Assembly (NCBI GenBank): GCA_902766365.1
Contig: CACXDC010000011.1
Coordinates: 29,323 to 93,322, forward strand
DNA from: an uncultured Lachnospiraceae bacterium
GTDB taxonomy: Bacteria > Bacillota > Clostridia > Lachnospirales > Lachnospiraceae
Length of the DNA: 64,000 bases
Direction of reading: 5' to 3'
Shown: one piece after another, positions 16,798-27,006 of the stretch
Numbering within the stretch: the first letter of the stretch is position 1
Layout: each line of letters starts with the position of its first letter
Translations under genes and position numbers: made by a program
Notes under the pieces: model-generated
The model's database searches: none
The model's input: the letters and a program-made list of their open reading frames with translations, nothing else
Told to the model about the DNA's origin: nothing

Positions 16798-18570
16798 TTA
16801 GCATTTCTCTTTATTTGCATCTGCTACATAAGATTCCATGAATGCAGAAAGCGGACTTGGTCTGCCAAAGAAATATCCCTGAATATAATCAGGACCTATC
16901 TTGCTGATCTTATCTAACTCCTGCTTCGTCTCTATTCCTTCCACACAGAGCTTCAGGTCTATACTGTGTGTCATCTCCACCATATGCTGCAGCAGATTAT
17001 ATTCATACCCGTTATTTAACGCCTTCAGTGTAAAGGATCTGTCGATCTTGATGGTATCCGGGCTTAAGTTATACAGATAATGGAAATTGGAATATCCGGT
17101 TCCAAAATCATCCAGGGCAAGCGGTATCTCACTCCTCTTCAGTCCATCGCAGAAATGTCTGAAGTTGGCATCACATTCCAGGAACCCGCTTTCTGTCAGT
17201 TCTATGATCAGACTGCCTCTTTTGATCTTATATACCTTGATCGCACTCAGGATTTCTGTCAGCATATCACTCTTCAGTACCTGGATATAAGATACATTGA
17301 CCGAAATACGGAAATCCGGTATATATTCCTGAATCTGCCTGCATGCCTTCAGTGCCTGATGCAGAACGAAACGTCCTACCGGAATGATCAGCCCGCTCTC
17401 TTCTAACAGAGGAATGAATTCCGCCGGAGAAACCATCTTTTCCTTCGTCCTGAACCTGAGCAGGGTTTCTGCACTGACAAGCTTCTGGCTCCTAATATCC
17501 ACAATGGGCTGGAAATAGGCTTCGAAACCTTCAAAATTCTGGTTTACTGCCTTACGCATGGTATGGATCAGTTCTTTTTTGTCAAGGAACTCCTGATAAT
17601 CTTCTTCCCTGTAGATCACATATGTATTTTTACCAGCTTCCTTCGCTCCGGTCAGCGCAAACTCGGAAAGCTTCAGGATATTCTCACTGCTCTTATCCTG
17701 TACTGCTGAAACAGGAAGGATTCCCGCAGAGATCGTATAAAATACATCGTACCCGATCTCTTCGATCAGGGCATCTATCCCCTCCCGGATCGCACGATAC
17801 AGATCAACAGCACTTTCTGCTGTTCCGTTCTGTCCAAAGATCAGGAATTCATCTGCAACAAGGCGGTAGATCCTGCGTTCCGTTCCTGCTATACTGCGGA
17901 TACATTCTGCTGTTTTCTGCAGGATCATATCTCCGTATTCCATTCCCTTATTCTCATTGATATCTTTGAAGTTATCAATACCTATACGCAGGAAAACACC
18001 CTTATCATTCTTAACAAGCTCCGAAAGCTCTGCTCTGAGGCTTGTCTCCCCAAGCAGTCCGCTGACATTATCTGCCTGCTGTTTCTTACCGATCTCATTA
18101 ATACATCCTACGATCAGATCCGGTCTTCCTTCTTCATCCACAAGTACATTTCCACGACAGTTGATCCAGACCGGCTTTCCTTCCTTGTCCTTCCACCGAT
18201 AACGCAGATTATGGAATCTTTTCTTTCCGGAAACGATTTCAGTAAGATCCTGGGAAAGCAGTTCCAGATCCTCTTCATATACCACCTTTGTAAAAGCAGA
18301 TGTATAATCTGGAAGGCTGGCCGCCGGAAGCGGAAATCTGTCCACTGCATTTGCTGATATTGTGTAATGATTATTTTTCAGGTTAAGAATAAAAAGATAA
18401 TTGTCAACGCATGGATTCAGAATACCTATCACACGTTCTATTTCCCCAAACGACATTTTGTTTGACAGTTCTTCCATGCCATACCCCTCTTTCGTCAAAA
18501 GATGACCCTTTACAATTGTAACATACTCCCGGCTGTTCAACAACCGGGAGTATGCAGTATTCTCATACAA
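16798..18570 (-). CDS. PAS - degenerate GGDEF - EAL protein (likely c-di-GMP phosphodiesterase)
   Basis: The GGDEF position reads VADEF. The EAL domain has ETLLR, ELTES, DDFGTGYS, KIDRSF, EGIET and QGYFFGRP. Confidence 0.8.
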   Translation of the reverse strand: MYENTAYSRLLNSREYVTIVKGHLLTKEGYGMEELSNKMSFGEIERVIGILNPCVDNYLFILNLKNNHYTISANAVDRFPLPAASLPDYTSAFTKVVYEEDLELLSQDLTEIVSGKKRFHNLRYRWKDKEGKPVWINCRGNVLVDEEGRPDLIVGCINEIGKKQQADNVSGLLGETSLRAELSELVKNDKGVFLRIGIDNFKDINENKGMEYGDMILQKTAECIRSIAGTERRIYRLVADEFLIFGQNGTAESAVDLYRAIREGIDALIEEIGYDVFYTISAGILPVSAVQDKSSENILKLSEFALTGAKEAGKNTYVIYREEDYQEFLDKKELIHTMRKAVNQNFEGFEAYFQPIVDIRSQKLVSAETLLRFRTKEKMVSPAEFIPLLEESGLIIPVGRFVLHQALKACRQIQEYIPDFRISVNVSYIQVLKSDMLTEILSAIKVYKIKRGSLIIELTESGFLECDANFRHFCDGLKRSEIPLALDDFGTGYSNFHYLYNLSPDTIKIDRSFTLKALNNGYEYNLLQHMVEMTHSIDLKLCVEGIETKQELDKISKIGPDYIQGYFFGRPSPLSAFMESYVADANKEKC

Positions 18571-18602
18571 AATAACATTACTTTGGTAGTAGCAATAGCT
18601 AT

Positions 18603-21068
18603 TTATGCAATATCGTAAACGGATCTGACAGAAAGGGTATCCGTACTTCCCTCCAGCACCTCCACCGTCTTCTCTCCCGCCTCCATGTCAAAGAAATTAT
18701 CTGAAAGCTTTAAGCTTCCCTCTGCATTCCCGATCATGACATTCTTGGCGTATTTCTCAGCCCTGACTGTGATCTTATTGCCCTCTGCCTTCACAGTAAG
18801 TGCCGGATCCTCGAAGAAATAATGCTTTGGTGGTGTAAACAGACAGCTGTTTTCGGATACCACCTCTCCGTCAACAATAAAGGCATAGCTGATGTGGATC
18901 TTTCTCTCTTCAAAGGCCTCCAGATCGATCTGGTCAAGCCATACGCCGTCAAGCGCAGGCACAGTCAGTTCCTGTTTCCCTTCAAGAAGTACGGAGCTGT
19001 CAGGCAGACACACCTTCCATTTCACAGTTCCCTTTACCTCCTGCATGGTCTCATTGGCCACATGGAGTCTTGCCTTTACCGGAATCGGACGGGGTTCTGC
19101 CACACAGAACGGTCTTTCGCTGAGTTCACCCGTTTCCTCACAGGAGATCATAACCGGTGCAAACATTCTCTTTTCTGCATAGTGCAGTGCCTTCCAGCGT
19201 CCATAGTAATCGATGCTAGCCCAGGATGCTACCGGCCAGATATCATTGAGCTGCCATACCACAGCACCCATACATCTGCCACGGTTCCTGCGGAAATGCT
19301 CTACCCCGTACCGGATCGCATCTGCCTGCAGAAGCTGGGAAGCATACAGAAGCTGGTCGAAATCCTTCGGATAAAGATAGGTAGCTGACAGGTAATTCAT
19401 GATCTTGCCGTTTGCTGATGTATTTCTCTGGTGCATTTCCATCACCCTTGAGAAAATATTCCGGTCTCCCGGTTCCGTAAAGGTCTCTACTGTCTGCAGA
19501 CAGGGGAAAGACTGAAACCCGAATTCAGACAGATAACGGAACCGGTAATTCCGGTAATCGGTAAAAGGCTTATTCCCATGCCATACTGCCCAGTAATGGG
19601 TATCTCCTCTGTTTTCATCCCATGGGTTATCATAGTTTCCGCCCGAAGAAGGACTGGACGGCCAGTAAAAGGTCACCGGATCCTCTTCCTGCAGGATATG
19701 GGGAATGATATATTCAAAAATCTTGATATAATCGTATTTCTGCTTGATGGAAGGCTTCCATGCCTTATCTAACGTCTGTGTCTCCATTTCGTTATTGCCG
19801 CACCACAGGGCAAGGCAGGCATGATGGCGGATCCTTCTGACATTGTCACGGATCTCAGCCGTGATATTGCGTTCAAAGTCATCATCCAGCTCATAGCTGG
19901 CACAGGCAAACATAAAGTCCTGCCATACCAGAAGTCCCAGTTCATCGCAGATATCAAAGAAATAATCATCCGGATAATAACCGCCGCCCCAGACTCTGAT
20001 GCAGTTGTGATTAACCGCTGCCGCATCCATAAGGAGCTTCCTTGTTCTTTCTTTGTTGATTCTGGAGAACAGATTATCTTCCGGGATATAGTCGGCACCC
20101 ATGGCGAAGATCTTCACCCCGTTTATTTCATGGGCAAAGCACTCGCCCCATTCATCCTTATCCGTATTCACTGTCAGGGTACGGAGTCCGATCCTTCTTT
20201 CATAAGTATCAAGTACCTCGCCGTCCGCAGAATACAGTGTCAGCTTCACCTGATAAAGGGGCTGCTCTCCATAGCCTCTTGGCCACCAGAGCTTCGGATC
20301 CGTGATCATGATATGATAGTCTTCCGGATCTGCTCCTTCTGCCGGCACATAGGTTCTGCCATCCGGATCTGTCACCCGAACCTCTACTCTTGTGTGATCT
20401 TCCTCTGTAAACAGTTCCAGTGCCACATCAAAATCAAGAGTCACCCTGCCCTCTTCATGCTCCTGTGTAATATACACAGAGTCAAAACGGCTTTCCTTCA
20501 CATACAGCAGGGAAACCTCTCTGAAAATACCGGCATCAGGAAGTCTCGGACCCCAGTCCCATCCAAACATGCAATGTGCTTTCCGCAGATGTGGGAATCC
20601 TTCCATGGCATCCCATGAGCCACCGGTATATACTTTTTCATTTTCTTCTTTAATATATCTGGTAGGGGAATGCAGTTCTACTCGCAGGGTATTCTCCCCT
20701 TCCCTTAAGCTTTCTGCCACATCAAACTCATAGGTTCTGTGCATATTGCAGGTGCTTCCCAGAAATATGTCATTCAGGAAAATATCTGCCAGGGTGTCAA
20801 TTCCGTCAAACCGGAGAAGTACGCCATCATAGTCTTCTGCCTTCTTCTCTGCCACAAAGTCCACGGAAAAGGTGAAATCATTGTCCATGATCGGCAGAAC
20901 CTGCAGCTCATTGTCCCTGTAATAGGGATCAGGGATATAGCTTCCCGCAAGAAGGGCACTGTAGACAGATCCCGGTATCTGTGCCGGAATACCGCCTTCC
21001 GGAATCAGTCCGCTGTCCTTTCCCTTTATCTTTAAATTCCAGTTTCCATTTAATATCTGTTTTTCCAT
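18603..21068 (-). CDS. GH2 beta-mannosidase
   Basis: 821 aa. N-terminus NGNWNLK...IPAQIPGSVYSALL...IPDPYYRDNE, and the catalytic region WCGNNEME. Confidence 0.85.
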   Translation of the reverse strand: MEKQILNGNWNLKIKGKDSGLIPEGGIPAQIPGSVYSALLAGSYIPDPYYRDNELQVLPIMDNDFTFSVDFVAEKKAEDYDGVLLRFDGIDTLADIFLNDIFLGSTCNMHRTYEFDVAESLREGENTLRVELHSPTRYIKEENEKVYTGGSWDAMEGFPHLRKAHCMFGWDWGPRLPDAGIFREVSLLYVKESRFDSVYITQEHEEGRVTLDFDVALELFTEEDHTRVEVRVTDPDGRTYVPAEGADPEDYHIMITDPKLWWPRGYGEQPLYQVKLTLYSADGEVLDTYERRIGLRTLTVNTDKDEWGECFAHEINGVKIFAMGADYIPEDNLFSRINKERTRKLLMDAAAVNHNCIRVWGGGYYPDDYFFDICDELGLLVWQDFMFACASYELDDDFERNITAEIRDNVRRIRHHACLALWCGNNEMETQTLDKAWKPSIKQKYDYIKIFEYIIPHILQEEDPVTFYWPSSPSSGGNYDNPWDENRGDTHYWAVWHGNKPFTDYRNYRFRYLSEFGFQSFPCLQTVETFTEPGDRNIFSRVMEMHQRNTSANGKIMNYLSATYLYPKDFDQLLYASQLLQADAIRYGVEHFRRNRGRCMGAVVWQLNDIWPVASWASIDYYGRWKALHYAEKRMFAPVMISCEETGELSERPFCVAEPRPIPVKARLHVANETMQEVKGTVKWKVCLPDSSVLLEGKQELTVPALDGVWLDQIDLEAFEERKIHISYAFIVDGEVVSENSCLFTPPKHYFFEDPALTVKAEGNKITVRAEKYAKNVMIGNAEGSLKLSDNFFDMEAGEKTVEVLEGSTDTLSVRSVYDIA

Positions 21069-21212
21069 TTGTTTACTCCCGGATCATTTGTTTTCTGTTC
21101 TCCAGTATAGCATACCTCCCTCTGTGGAAATAGAAACTTTTGAGTAGAAAATTGTACAAAAGCGTCTTTTCTGTGCTATACTGATTTCATAAAAAAAGAA
21201 GGGAACTGCGTC

Positions 21213-21530
21213 ATGAAACAAACGCCTGAAAATGAAACTGTAAATACAAAGACCAGACGTGCCAGACAGATCGGTGCACTGGTCTGCGTTGTACTTCTTG
21301 TTCTTTTATATGTAGCAACTCTCGTTTTTGCCATCCTTGATTTTGAGGGTTCAGACCGGCTCTTTGCCGCCTGTCTGATGGCAACTGTCGGTCTTCCGAT
21401 CCTTCTGTGGATCTATATCTGGGTCTATGGCAAATATACCGGCAGGCACACCCTTGCCGATGCACCTGAATCCGGAGCCTCAGAAACAAAATCTGAAAAT
21501 CCTGCTGCCGGATCAGCACTCAAAAAATAA
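21213..21530 (+). CDS. Small membrane protein, unknown function
   Basis: 105 aa with two clear hydrophobic helices. It is one of only two plus-strand genes. Confidence 0.5.
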   Translation: MKQTPENETVNTKTRRARQIGALVCVVLLVLLYVATLVFAILDFEGSDRLFAACLMATVGLPILLWIYIWVYGKYTGRHTLADAPESGASETKSENPAAGSALKK

Positions 21531-21583
21531 GTCCGGATTGATATTTCTAGCAAAGCTTCCTAAAATTATACAGGATGCCCCTG

Positions 21584-22474
21584 TCAGAAGTCTTCCTGAA
21601 GCATTTTAAAAAGTCCCTCCGCCGCCTTGGAAAGGGGCTTTCTTTTTTCTGTCAGCACACAGATATGCCGTCTTGGAATGATCTTGTTGAACCGCAGTTC
21701 AAACAGTCTGCCGGATTCCAGTTCTTCTTTGGCAAACTCCCTCATCACACAGCCTACCCCCAGATTCCGCAGGGCAAACTGCACGATCATATCACTGGTT
21801 GCCAGTTCAAATTCAGGATGCATCTCCACATGATTCTGATAAAGAAACCGGTCCATGCACGCTCTGGTACTGGTATTCTTTTCCAGACAGATCAGAGGGA
21901 GCTTTTCCAGCTCCTGAAGATCCAGCATCTTATTCTTATACTGGATAAATTTTCTCCCTGCCACAAAGCAGTCCTCGATCTCCTTCACCGGAAAGGCCTC
22001 CAGATCCTCCTGCTCCTCAAAAGGTGACGTGATCAGTCCAAAGTCGATCCGGTCTTCCTTCAGAAGCTGCAGGGTTTCCGGCGTGGGTGCATTGGTGACG
22101 GTGACCTTGATATGCGGATACTTTTCATGATACTTTTCAAGAAAAGGAAGAAGATAAAACCGCAGGGTCATGTCACTGGCTCCCACCCGGATCTCTCCGC
22201 TTTCCAGATCCAGCATCTGACGAAGCTGGCGTTCTCCCTTTTCCATTTCCTCATATCCCTTTTTTACGAACAAAAAAAGCTGCTCTCCCTCTGCAGTCAG
22301 CCGGATCCCCCTGGCTGCACGGATAAACAGCTTTGCGCCAAGGCTCTCTTCCAGCTGTCTGATCGCCTGACTCACAGCAGGCTGTGACACAGAAAGTGCC
22401 ACAGCCGCCTTTGTTATACTTCCATATGATGCTGCATAATAAAATACTTTATAGTATTCCAGATTACCGATCAT
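21584..22474 (-). CDS. LysR-family transcriptional regulator
   Basis: N-terminal HTH YKVFYYAASYGSITKAAVALSVSQPAVSQAIRQLE plus a substrate-binding domain. It lies 11 nt downstream of carB. Confidence 0.85.
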   Translation of the reverse strand: MIGNLEYYKVFYYAASYGSITKAAVALSVSQPAVSQAIRQLEESLGAKLFIRAARGIRLTAEGEQLFLFVKKGYEEMEKGERQLRQMLDLESGEIRVGASDMTLRFYLLPFLEKYHEKYPHIKVTVTNAPTPETLQLLKEDRIDFGLITSPFEEQEDLEAFPVKEIEDCFVAGRKFIQYKNKMLDLQELEKLPLICLEKNTSTRACMDRFLYQNHVEMHPEFELATSDMIVQFALRNLGVGCVMREFAKEELESGRLFELRFNKIIPRRHICVLTEKRKPLSKAAEGLFKMLQEDF

Positions 22475-22485
22475 AGCCTCTCCTG

Positions 22486-25400
22486 TTATTCCTTCAGGCC
22501 TCTGCTCTTGATGGAAGCCACATCGATCAGGGTGAACTGATCCATCTTGTGCTCCATACTGGTCACCAGCGCTCTTGCCGTATCCATGGCTGTGATACAG
22601 TTGACACCGGTCTCGATTGCTGTACGGCGGATCAGGAAACCATCTCTTGTCTTGTCACGTCCCTGGGTCGGTGTATCAATGACAAGGTCGATCTTATGTC
22701 CGAGGATCAGATCCATAACAGTCGGTGACTCCTGCGAGATCTTATTAACCTGTCTTGCATGGACTCCTGCTTCCTTCAGGGCATTACAGGTACTTCTTGT
22801 CGCATAAATGGTATAACCAAGCTTCTCGAAACGCTGTCCGATCTCAATGGCCTCTCCATTATCTGCATCCTTTACGGTAATGATCATCTGCTTGTACTTC
22901 GGCAGATCCACGCCTGCGCCAAGGAATGCCTTGTACAGTGCCTCGTTAAAGGTCTTTGCAATACCAAGACACTCACCGGTAGACTTCATTTCCGGTCCAA
23001 GGCTGATTTCTGCTCCACGGATCTTCTCAAAGGAGAATACCGGCATCTTGATAGCGAAGTAATCTGCCTCAGGCTGCAGTCCCGGCTCATAGCCAAGCTC
23101 CCTGATCGTCTTGCCAATGATGACCTCTGTAGCCAGATCCACGATAGGAATACCGGTTACCTTGCTGATATAGGGAACGGTACGGGAAGATCTGGGGTTG
23201 ACCTCAATGACATAAACATCCTCACCGATCGCAATGAACTGGATATTGATAAGTCCCTTTACATGCAGTGCCTTTGCCAGTCTTCTGGTGTACTCAGCGA
23301 TCTTTTCCTTCACTGTAGTCGTAATGGTCGGTGCCGGATATACAGAAATACTGTCACCGGAATGGACACCGGTTCTTTCAATATGCTCCATGATACCGGG
23401 GATCAGGATATCTTCTCCATCACATACCGCATCAACTTCGATCTCCTTACCCTGCAGATACTTGTCTACCAGGATCGGGTGATCCTGTGCGATCCGGTTG
23501 ATGATGTTCATAAATTCTTCTATTTCTTCATCGGAAATGGCAATCTGCATGCCCTGTCCGCCAAGCACGTAAGAAGGTCTTACCAGTACAGGATAGCCAA
23601 GTCTGTTGGCAACTGCCTTGGCTTCCTCTGCGGTATAGACTGTACCGCCTGCAGCTCTCGGGATACCTGTCTGCTCCAGGATCTTGTCAAACAGCTCTCT
23701 GTCCTCTGCTGCATCTACATCCTCTGCCCTGGTTCCAAGGATCGGAACGCCCATCTTCATCAGGCTCTCTGTCAGCTTGATCGCTGTCTGTCCACCGAAC
23801 TGTACCACGGCGCCATCCGGCTTTTCCAGATTGACGATGCTTTCCACATCTTCCGGTGTCAGAGGCTCAAAATACAGCTTGTCTGCAATATCAAAGTCCG
23901 TACTTACTGTTTCCGGATTGTTATTAATGATCACTGTTTCATAACCGGCCTTTGCAAAAGCCCAGGTCGCATGAACGGAACAGTAGTCAAACTCAATACC
24001 CTGTCCGATACGGATCGGTCCGGAACCAAGTACCAGTACCTTCTTCTTCGGCTTGGTCTCTACGGCTTCATTCTCGCCGCCATATACCGAATAATAGTAC
24101 GGTGTGCTTGCCTCAAACTCGGCTGCACAGGTATCTACCATCTTGTAAACAGCTACGATACCATTGTCATAACGTAGCTTTTTGATCTCTTCTTCCGGCT
24201 TTCCTGTCAGTCTGCTGATCACATTGTCCGGGAACTCCAGTCTCTTAGCTTCCTTCAGGAGTTCTACCGTAAGAGGTCCTTCCTTCAGGGCATTCTCCAT
24301 CTCGACCAGAATTGCCAGCTTGTCAATGAACCACTCATCGATCATGGTGATCTCATGGATGGTGTCATAATCAATACCCTTGCGGAGTGCCTCTGCGATC
24401 ACATAGATCCTCTGATCGTCCACGATCTTCATCCGCTCCAGCAATTCTTCTCTGTTCAGGGCAGAGAAATCATAGCTGAGCAGGCAGTCCACATGCTGCT
24501 CCAGAGAACGGATAGCCTTCATCAGTGCGCCTTCAAAGTTATGACAGATACTCATAACCTCACCGGTTGCCTTCATCTGTGTGGTCAGTGTTCTCTTTGC
24601 TGTAATAAACTTGTCAAAAGGAAGTCTTGGCAGCTTCACTACACAGTAATCCAGTGTAGGCTCAAAGCTTGCATAGGTCTTTCCTGTAATTGCATTCTTG
24701 ATCTCATCCAGTGTGTATCCGAGGGCGATCTTTGCTGCCACCTTGGCGATCGGATAACCGGTAGCCTTACTTGCAAGTGCAGAAGAACGGCTTACTCTTG
24801 GGTTTACCTCGATAACGCAGTACTCAAAGCTGGTAGGGTGCAGGGCAAACTGCACGTTACATCCACCTGTGATCTGCAGCTCGTCAATGATATTGAGGGC
24901 GGCAGTCCTGAGCATCTGGTACTCCTTATCAGAAAGGGTCTGGGAAGGTGCTACTACGATACTGTCTCCGGTATGTACACCAACCGGATCGATATTTTCC
25001 ATGTTGCAGACAGTGATACAGTTTCCTGCACTGTCACGCATTACTTCGTATTCGATCTCCTTCCAGCCTGCGATACATCTTTCTACCAGAACCTGTCCTA
25101 CTCTTGAAAGACGCAGTCCGTTCTCCAGAATGGTCTCCAGTTCTGCCTGGTTGTGGGCGATTCCGCCGCCGCTTCCGCCAAGGGTATAGGCAGGACGCAG
25201 TACCACAGGATAACCGATGGTCTTTGTAAAGGCAACACCGTCCTCTACGCTCTCAACGACCTTGGATGCCGCACAGGGCTCTCCGATCTTTTCCATGGTA
25301 TCCTTGAATTCCTGACGATCCTCAGCCTTCTTGATCGTAGCTGCTGTGGTTCCAAGAAGCTTCACGCCATGGGAAGCAAGGAATCCGCTTTCCGCAAGCT

Positions 25401-25701
25401 CCATACCCAGATTCAGGCCGGCCTGTCCGCCAAGGGTAGGCAGGATACTGTCCGGTTTTTCTTTTTCTATGATCTGTTCAAGGACACGGGCTGTTAAAGG
25501 CTCAATATAAACCTTATCTGCAATATCCTTATCTGTCATGATCGTTGCAGGATTGGAATTGACCAGGATTACCTCTACGCCCTCTTCCTTCAGGGAACGG
25601 CAGGCCTGGGTTCCTGCATAGTCAAACTCTGCTGCCTGACCGATTACAATAGGTCCGGAGCCAATTACCATAACTCGTTTTACATTAGGATTCTTAGGCA
25701 T
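22486..25701 (-). CDS. carB: Carbamoyl-phosphate synthase large subunit
   Basis: 1071 aa with duplicated ATP-grasp halves. N-terminus [26 protein letters not shown]. Confidence 0.95.
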   Translation of the reverse strand: MPKNPNVKRVMVIGSGPIVIGQAAEFDYAGTQACRSLKEEGVEVILVNSNPATIMTDKDIADKVYIEPLTARVLEQIIEKEKPDSILPTLGGQAGLNLGMELAESGFLASHGVKLLGTTAATIKKAEDRQEFKDTMEKIGEPCAASKVVESVEDGVAFTKTIGYPVVLRPAYTLGGSGGGIAHNQAELETILENGLRLSRVGQVLVERCIAGWKEIEYEVMRDSAGNCITVCNMENIDPVGVHTGDSIVVAPSQTLSDKEYQMLRTAALNIIDELQITGGCNVQFALHPTSFEYCVIEVNPRVSRSSALASKATGYPIAKVAAKIALGYTLDEIKNAITGKTYASFEPTLDYCVVKLPRLPFDKFITAKRTLTTQMKATGEVMSICHNFEGALMKAIRSLEQHVDCLLSYDFSALNREELLERMKIVDDQRIYVIAEALRKGIDYDTIHEITMIDEWFIDKLAILVEMENALKEGPLTVELLKEAKRLEFPDNVISRLTGKPEEEIKKLRYDNGIVAVYKMVDTCAAEFEASTPYYYSVYGGENEAVETKPKKKVLVLGSGPIRIGQGIEFDYCSVHATWAFAKAGYETVIINNNPETVSTDFDIADKLYFEPLTPEDVESIVNLEKPDGAVVQFGGQTAIKLTESLMKMGVPILGTRAEDVDAAEDRELFDKILEQTGIPRAAGGTVYTAEEAKAVANRLGYPVLVRPSYVLGGQGMQIAISDEEIEEFMNIINRIAQDHPILVDKYLQGKEIEVDAVCDGEDILIPGIMEHIERTGVHSGDSISVYPAPTITTTVKEKIAEYTRRLAKALHVKGLINIQFIAIGEDVYVIEVNPRSSRTVPYISKVTGIPIVDLATEVIIGKTIRELGYEPGLQPEADYFAIKMPVFSFEKIRGAEISLGPEMKSTGECLGIAKTFNEALYKAFLGAGVDLPKYKQMIITVKDADNGEAIEIGQRFEKLGYTIYATRSTCNALKEAGVHARQVNKISQESPTVMDLILGHKIDLVIDTPTQGRDKTRDGFLIRRTAIETGVNCITAMDTARALVTSMEHKMDQFTLIDVASIKSRGLKE

Positions 25702-26887
25702 CTTTGTTAACCTCCATCATCTTGATAAATCTGTCAAACAGATAACCGGAATCCTGAGGACCCGGACATGCCTCCGGATGATACTGTACGGTAAAGATGT
25801 TCTTTCCCGTATATTTTAATCCTTCATTGGTTCCATCATTTACATTGATAAAAGCGGGTACTGCCACAGCAGGATCCAGCTTGTCCATATCGACTACATA
25901 GCCGTGGTTCTGGGAGGAAATATAAACCCTTCCGGTCTCCAGATCCTTTACAGGGTGGTTACCGCCGCGGTGCCCGTACTTCATCTTGAAGGTATCAGCT
26001 CCGGTAGCCAGCGCCATAAGCTGATGTCCGAGGCAGATTGCAAAGATCGGCACATCCGAATCATACAGCTTCCTAATTTCCTTGATAATAGAAGTACATT
26101 CCTTGGGATCTCCGGGGCCATTGCTCAGCATGATGCCATCCGGATGATCATTCAGGATCTCCTCTGCACTGGTCAGTGCCGGATATACAGTCACATCACA
26201 GCCACGCTGTGCCAGTGAGTGTGCGATATTCTTCTTGGCACCAAGGTCAAGAAGGGCTACCTTCCTGCCGATGCCGTTTAATTCCTTTACGATACTGGGA
26301 CGCATCTCTCTTTTACCTGATTCATAAGCTTCCTTATCAAATCTGGCACTGCCGGAAATGGCTCCGTTTTCTGCAAGGTCTCTGGATCCTTTTATCACAT
26401 ATTTTTCCTTACAGGTTACCTTTTCCACTACCTTACCGGTGGTATATTCTTTTAACTTGGGGAGAACTGTGTTGAGGTCATAGGCTTCATCTGTAGTGAT
26501 CATGCCATTCATGGTACCCTTTTCACGAAGGATCTTCGTAAGGGCTCTGGTATCAATTCCTGCAATGCCGGGAATATTCTGCTGCTCCAGGAATTCCTGA
26601 ATGGTAATATCCTTCCGGAAATTACTGGGAATCCTTGATAATTCCCTGACAATAAACCCATCCGGCCACGCCTGTACTGACTCCATGTCTTCCAGGCATA
26701 CCCCGTAATTTCCAATCAGAGGATAAGTCATGCAGACTGCCTGACCGGCATACGAAGGATCTGTCAGAACCTCCAGATACCCTGCCATTGATGTATTGAA
26801 TACTATTTCACTGATCACTTCCCTGACTGCGCCGATATGAGTTCCCTCAAAAACGGTGCCATCTTCCAGGATTAAAAATGCCTTCAT
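25694..26887 (-). CDS. carA: Carbamoyl-phosphate synthase small (glutaminase) subunit
   Basis: GATase triad context ICLGHQL and HRGGNHPV. It overlaps carB by 8 nt. Confidence 0.95.
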   Translation of the reverse strand: MKAFLILEDGTVFEGTHIGAVREVISEIVFNTSMAGYLEVLTDPSYAGQAVCMTYPLIGNYGVCLEDMESVQAWPDGFIVRELSRIPSNFRKDITIQEFLEQQNIPGIAGIDTRALTKILREKGTMNGMITTDEAYDLNTVLPKLKEYTTGKVVEKVTCKEKYVIKGSRDLAENGAISGSARFDKEAYESGKREMRPSIVKELNGIGRKVALLDLGAKKNIAHSLAQRGCDVTVYPALTSAEEILNDHPDGIMLSNGPGDPKECTSIIKEIRKLYDSDVPIFAICLGHQLMALATGADTFKMKYGHRGGNHPVKDLETGRVYISSQNHGYVVDMDKLDPAVAVPAFINVNDGTNEGLKYTGKNIFTVQYHPEACPGPQDSGYLFDRFIKMMEVNKDA

Positions 26888-26934
26888 ATTAGTATCCGTC
26901 TCCCTTCCTTTGTCTAAAAATCCGTAATCGATTT

Positions 26935-26963
26935 ATTATAGCATAAGGTTTTCCCTGCTTCAA
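26935..26963 (-). promoter_or_regulatory. SigmaA-type promoter of carAB
   Basis: TTGAAG (26963-26958), 17-nt spacer, TATAAT (26940-26935). ATCGAT palindromes flank it on both sides. Confidence 0.5.
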
Positions 26964-27006
26964 CTGACATTTTTTATACAAATCGATATTAAAAATCGCT
27001 ATCCCA

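Noticed and set aside
22759-24177. A 472-aa + strand ORF inside carB. Similar long antisense ORFs occur at 19821-20618, 34619-35464, 43243-44178 and 47770-48654.
   Set aside because: Each lies fully antisense to a confidently identified gene. They have Cys/His/Leu- or Ser/Pro-rich compositions typical of antisense translation and no recognisable domains.
25694-26887. CarA is longer than usual (397 aa), with an extra segment between the N-terminal and glutaminase domains
   Set aside because: This is probably a lineage-specific linker insertion. It has no distinctive motif and cannot be evaluated without an alignment.
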